Positions 54,324-64,000 of a stretch of DNA of 64,000 nt are shown here, piece by piece (within the stretch, counting starts at the first letter, position 1; the number at the start of each line of letters is the position of its first letter). The DNA lies in the NCBI GenBank assembly GCA_964016885.1, contig OZ024742.1, positions 336,970,001 through 337,034,000 of the forward strand, in the 5' to 3' direction. Made by a program: the position numbers and the translations under genes. The notes beneath the pieces are model-generated. The model ran no database searches. It was not told the DNA's origin and saw only the letters and a program-made list of their open reading frames with translations. This DNA is from Eledone cirrhosa (Eukaryota).

Positions 54324-54632
54324 CAGCTAGCTACCCCCACACCCCTCCATCCCGCCCCCACACGCCACCATACTTAATACGTGGACCAATCATAAGCCAG
54401 AGCCCCCCCCCCGCATCACCACCATTATTATAAGCCAGAGCCACCCACCCCCACCCCCACGCATCACCATTATTATTATTACGCGGACCAAATCATAAGC
54501 CAGAGGCCTATACTATCGCTTGCCCGGTTGCCTTCGATATATGATGGATGGATGGATGGATGGATGGACGGACGGACTGCGGAATCCTTGGAGAGTGGAA
54601 GGGAGAGAAAAATCTGGACGCCCAGAGCGAAA

Positions 54633-57600
54633 ATGCCAATGCTAAAGTCAAATTCACCTCGTGGACGAGAATGCGAGCACTCTTCTTTGTTTCGCCCGCG
54701 GATGGCTAACATAACCCCATCTCCCCCCGCCCCACACCACCCCCACCCTCCAAACGCGATCCAAAACTTCAGAGTTGGTACCATAAATGTAGGCACCCTA
54801 AAGGGTCGCGCTAACGAGGTTGTAGAAATGCTTGAACGTAAGGAGGTCGATGTTTGTTGTATTCAAGAGACCAGGTGGAGGGGTGGGTCTGCTAGATTCA
54901 TTGAGGGTAAAAAACGATGTTATAAGCTTTTCTGGGTGGGAAACGACGATGGGCTGGGTGGAGTAGGAATCATGGTAGCAGAAAAGTGGGCAGATAAGAT
55001 AATAGACGTAAATAGAGTGAACGACAGAATAATTAAAATAAGACTTGTCCTCAATAGAACTACGGTGACAGTAATATCTGCGTACGCACCCCAATCCGGA
55101 CTGCCCGGCACTATAAAAGACAGATTCTATGAGACACTGTTGCTAACTACCTCCCAAATATCTGACAGTGACTATATAATTATTGCAGGCGACCTAAATG
55201 GTCACGTTGGACAACATTGTGACGGCTATGACGAAATCCATGGAGGCTGGTACTAGAAATGAGGAAGGCTCCAGAATTCTGGAATACTGTGATGCAAATA
55301 ACCTAACTATCTGTAACACTAACTTCAAAAAACGTGACAATCACCTGATTACCTATAGATCCGGGGAACACACAAGCCAGGTAGATTATATCCTTACCAG
55401 AAGACGTGACAGAGTGTCTGTTGTAAACACTAAATCCCTCCCCCATGAAGAATGCACCTCCCAACATAGACTGATAATTAGCGACCTCATAGTCAGGACG
55501 AGACGCACCCGACAGCAGAAGAGGACTATCCTCAGGAGGAAAATATGGAAACTAAAAGACCCCACAGCCAGAAATAAATTTCAAAGCATATTACTTGATG
55601 CTTTCGACAGTAAGGAAGAGCATCTAGAATCGGACAATATAGAGGGACAGTGGAAATTTCTGAAAGCTAACCTGCTGTTGGCGACAGACGAAGTCTGTGG
55701 CTGGAGCAGGCCTGTAGGCAGGAGGAGAGTAACATGGTGGTGGAACAGTAAGGTGGAGGGGTCAATTAAGGCCAAAAAGCAGGCTTGGAAAGTATGGCGG
55801 GATGGGGGAAGTAGAGTAGACTATCAAGTGGCCAGGAGGGAAGCTAGGAGAGAAGTGTACTTAGCAAGAAGGGAAGCCGAGGAAAGAAAGTTCAAGCATG
55901 TTCTACAACGCGATGACCAAAAACGTGAGGTGTTCAGGATTGCCAGGCAATGCGTCAAGGAAAACCGTGATATTGTCGGGGAGAAGTGTGTACTTAACGA
56001 TGATGGCATACTTGCCATCACCGACACTGATAAGAAGGTAGCTTGGAAGTGTCACTATGAAAGGCTACTAAATGAGGAGAATAAATGGGAGAAAGACAGT
56101 CTCCCCCATATCGACCCGATAGAGGGACCAGCAGTGTTAGTCGAGGGGAGTATAATAAGTAAGGCAATCAAGGATATGAAGACTGGTAAGGCGGCTGGGC
56201 CTTCGGAAATAGTTGCTGAGATGCTGAAGGCATCTGGCACGGTGGGACACACCATGGTCACCCGCATAGTTAACCAAGTCGTACAGAATGGGGTTGTTCC
56301 GAAGGACTGGCATAGCAGCATCATCGTTAACTGTTATAAGGGTAAAGGAGACGCCCTAGATAGGAGTAACTATAGAGGCATTAAATTAATCGACCAGGTC
56401 ATGAAGGTCACGGAAAAAGTAATAGCGCAACTAATCAGAGAGAGAATTGATCTAGATGAAATGCAGTTCGGGTTTGTGTCAGGCAAAAGCACCACAGACG
56501 CTCTTTTCATAGTACGACAACTACAGGAGAAGTACCTAGCTAAAGGTAAACCCCTCTACTTAGCTTTTGTCGACCTGGAGAAAGCCTTCGACAGAGTCCC
56601 CCGCTCCATTATCTGGTGGGCTCTTAGAAAACTAGGCGTTGACGAATGGCTTGTGAGGGCTATACAAGCCATGTATAAAGAAACAGTCAGCAAGGTTAGA
56701 ATTAACAACGAATATAGTGAAGAGTTTAGCGTAAAAGTTGGCGTCCATCAGGGCTCTGTTCTCAGCCCCCTACTATTTATTATTGCCCTTCAGGCTATAA
56801 CAGAGGAGTTCAAGACAGGCTGCCCATGGGAACTCCTATACGCAGACGACCTGACACTCATAGCGGAATCAATGGCCGAGCTAGAGAAGAAATTCCAAAC
56901 ATGGAAGCACGGCCTAGAGTCAAAAGGACTTAAAATTAACCTGGCTAAGACCAAAGTTCTAGTTTGTAGGAAAGAAAACAAGGCGGCGGTCCTTCTGGGA
57001 AATGGTCGTGCTCGGTATGTAGGAAAGGCGTAGGTAGAAACTCCATCTTATGTCCTAAATGCAAAGTATGGGTGCATAAAAGATGTAGTGGGATCACAGG
57101 TAAGCTAACTAAGAACATAGACTTTACATGTGGCCGGTGTTCTGGTGCAATAAGTAGCAGCAAGTGCCCACAAAATACTAGCTCTTTCAATTGCGCAGAG
57201 GGTTTTATAGAAATAGTGGACAGCTTCCGTTACCTGGGCGATAAAATCAGCAGTGGGGGAGGGTGCTCTGAAAGTACTGTAGCTAGAGTCAGAACTGGTT
57301 GGAAAAAGTTCAGAGAGCTTATACCACTATTAGCTGCTAAAGGGTTCTCCCTAAAAATGAAAGGCAGGTTGTACGATGCCTGCATACGAACAGCAATGTT
57401 GCATGGTAGTGAGACCTGGGCATTGTGTGCAGAGGATATACGCAGACTAGAGAGGAACGAAGCTTGCATGCTCCGCTGGATGTGTAACAGTAATATACGT
57501 GAACGGCAAAGCATAAACGAACTAAGGAAAAAATTAGAGATAAGAGGGATCAGATGTTGTTTACTCGAGAGAAGGCTGCGTTGGTATGGACACGTGATGC

Positions 57601-57806
57601 GCATGAAAGTCGATAGCTGTATTACAAAGTGCAGGGCAATAAAGATAGACGGTAGCCACGGAATAGGCAGACCTAGAAAAACATGGGATGAGCTGATAAA
57701 CTCCGACCTCACACACTTACACCTCTCCAAGACAATGTCACTGGACCGTGACCTTTGGCGGTACTCAGTAACAGAGAAGACCCGCCTTGCCAGTAGGCAT
57801 CTCTAA
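54633..57806 (+). pseudogene. APE endonuclease - reverse transcriptase ORF with PHD-like finger; two frameshifts (~55250, ~56990)
   Basis: GTINVGTL, CCIQETRW, SAYAPQ, AGDLNGHVG, SQVDYIL, SQHRLI (EN); FVDLEKAFD, GVHQGSVLSP, LLYADDL, FRYLG (RT); GRPRKTW C-terminus. Confidence 0.95.
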
Positions 57807-58157
57807 CAAAATACACCCCTCCCGCCGCCACCCCCACCCCATCCACACCACCCCGTTCTATGTAAAGTTATGTTGGTGCCGCGCCATCCAGGCCGAAACA
57901 AATGAGATCGTGTAGGTGACACGACAAAAAAACACACAGTCCACGCTGTAATGTGGCCGTGTAGGCAACACGGTAAAAACCTCCCAGACCCACACTGTAA
58001 ATGTGGTTGGTGTTAGGAAGGGCATCCAACTGTAGAAAACCTGCCAGACAGTCCTATGCGAGCAAGACAATCACTCTTGCCTCAAGTGGGACTACCCCCG
58101 TCCAAACCCATGCAAGCGTGGAACACGGACGTTAAACGTTGATGATGATGATGATGA

Positions 58158-61855
<3,698 letters not shown>

Positions 61856-62894
61856 TTTACATGTGGCCGGTGTTCTGGTGCAATAAGTAGCAGCAAGTGC
61901 CCACAAAATACTAGCTCTTTCAATTGCGCAGAGGGTTCTATAGAAATAGTGGACAGCTTCCGTTACCTGGGCGATAAAATCAGCAGTGGGGGAGGGTGCT
62001 CTGAAAGTACTGTAGCTAGAGTCAGAACTGGTTGGAAAAAGTTCAGAGAGCTTATACCACTATTAGCTGCTAAAGGGTTCTCCCTAAAAATGAAAGGCAG
62101 GTTGTATGATGCCTGCATACGAACAGCAATGTTGCATTGTAGTGAGACCTGGACATTGTGTGCAGAGGATATACGCAGACTAGAGAGGAACGAAGCTTGC
62201 ATGCTCCGCTGGATGTGTAACAGTAATATACGTGAACGGCAAAGCATAAACGAACTAAGGAAAAAATTAGAGATAAGAGGGATCGGATGTTGTTTACTCG
62301 AGAGAAGGCTGCGTTGGTATGGACACGTGATGAGCATGAAAGTCGATAGCTTTATAACAAAGTGCAGGGCAATAAAGATAGACGGTAGCCACGGAATAGG
62401 CAGACCTAGAAAAACATGGGATGAGCTGATAAACTCCGACCTCACACACTTACACCTCTCCAAGACAATGTCACTGGACCGAGACCTTTGGCGGTACTCA
62501 GTAACAGAGAAGACCCGCCTTGCCAGTAGGCATCTCTAACAAAATACACCCCGTCCCGCCACCACCCACACCCCATCCACACCACCCCGTTCTATGTAAA
62601 GTTATGTTGGTGCCGCGCCATCCAGGCCGAAACAAATGAGATCGTGTAGGTGTCACGACAAAAAAACACACAGTCCACGCTGTAATGTGGCCGTGTAGGC
62701 AACACGGTAAAAACCTCCCAGACCCACACTGTAAATGTGGTTGGTGTTAGAAAGGGCATCCAACCGTAGAAAACCTGCCAGACAGTCCTATGCGAGCAAG
62801 AAAATCACTCTTGCCTCAAGTGGGACTACCCCCGTCCAAACCCATGCAAGCGTGGAACACGGACGTTAAACGTTGATGATGATGATGATGATGA
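61856..62894 (+). mobile_element. 5'-truncated family-A copy, nearly identical to 57123-58157
   Basis: FTCGRCSG...[12 protein letters not shown] and (GAT)n. Confidence 0.95.
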
Positions 62895-63049
62895 TATACA
62901 CACATATATACATATACACATACATATATATATATATATATATAGATATACACATATACATATACACATATATATATATATACACATATACATATACACA
63001 TATATATATATATACACATATACATATACACATATATATATATATATAT

Positions 63050-63088
<39 letters not shown>

Positions 63089-63155
63089 CACATATATATA
63101 CATATATATACATACATATATATACATATATACATATATATACATACATATATAC

Positions 63156-63190
<35 letters not shown>

Positions 63191-63662
63191 CATATATATA
63201 CATACATATATATACATATATATACAGATATATATATACATATACATATATACATATATACATACATACACATATATATATATACATATATATACATGTA
63301 AATATATGTGTATATATATATGTAAATATATGTGTATATATATATATATATATGTAAATATATGTGTATATATATATATATGTAAATATATGTATATATA
63401 TATATATATGTAAATATATGTGTATATATATATATATGTAAATATATGTGTATATATATATATATGTAAATATATATGTATATATATATATATGTAAATA
63501 TATATGTATATATATATATATATAAATGTGTATATATATATGTAAATATGTGTATATATATATATATATATGTAAATATATGTGTACATATATATATATA
63601 TAAATATGTGTGTTTATATATCTATGTGTATGTATATATATGTGTATTGATATATACATAAA

Positions 63663-63698
<36 letters not shown>

Positions 63699-63724
63699 CA
63701 CATATATATATACATATATATATA
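62895..63724. repeat. Compound TA array (TACA, then TGTAAA units, then TACA)
   Basis: Direct reading. Confidence 0.95.
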
Positions 63725-64000
63725 TCATCATCATCATCATCATCATCATCAACGTTGAACGTCCGTGTTCCACGCTTGCATGGGTTTGGACGGGGGTAGT
63801 CCCACTTGAGGCAAGAGTGATTGTCTTGCTCGCATAGGACTGTCTGGCAGGTTTTCTACAGTTGGATGCCGTTCCTAACACCAACCACATTTACAGTGTG
63901 GGTCTGGGAGGTTTTTACCGTGTTGCCTACACGGCCACATTACAGCGTGGACTGTGTGTTTTTTTGTCGTGACACCTACACGATCTCATTTGTTTCGGCC
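63725..64000 (-). mobile_element. Family-A 3' end running off the window
   Basis: (CAT)n followed by the reverse complement of the family-A UTR. Confidence 0.93.

Larger units (their letters stand above)
51287..58157 (+). mobile_element. Near full-length RTE-clade LINE, family A
   Basis: Monomer array, unique leader, EN-RT ORF, ~335-nt UTR and (GAT)n tail. Candidate TSD tatatgtatatatatatatg at 51267-51286 and 58158-58177. Confidence 0.88.

Noticed and set aside
55198-57072. Programmed frameshifting in the LINE ORF
   Set aside because: Breaks fall at different positions in families A and B and lack slippery sites, so they are more likely mutations or sequencing indels.

Overview
AT-rich, repeat-dominated animal genomic DNA. 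The SINE, MITE and RTE repertoire is what I associate with octopod cephalopods (inference). The window appears to lie inside very long introns of one minus-strand host gene: two phase-compatible exons (21344-21185 and 2564-2413) spell a WAC-like N-terminal segment. The rest is mostly mobile DNA: at least three RTE-clade LINE families ending in (GAT)n tails within (TA)n/(TACA)n arrays, older RTE and CR1-like relics, tRNA-SINEs, a non-autonomous Helitron, a TTAA-flanked piggyBac-type element with related MITEs, Penelope GIY-YIG fragments and a U2 snRNA copy. Highlights: (1) a near full-length RTE LINE (about 51287-58157) whose 5' end is six complete ~505-bp tandem monomers, inside a candidate target-site duplication; (2) three canonical-core hammerhead ribozymes plus remnants, tied to fold-back palindromes at TA tracts; (3) 3'-module and tail exchange between LINE families and a SINE. 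Most long ORFs in the supplied track (YI/IH/TY-rich) are microsatellite artefacts. All family assignments come from recalled motifs, not database searches.
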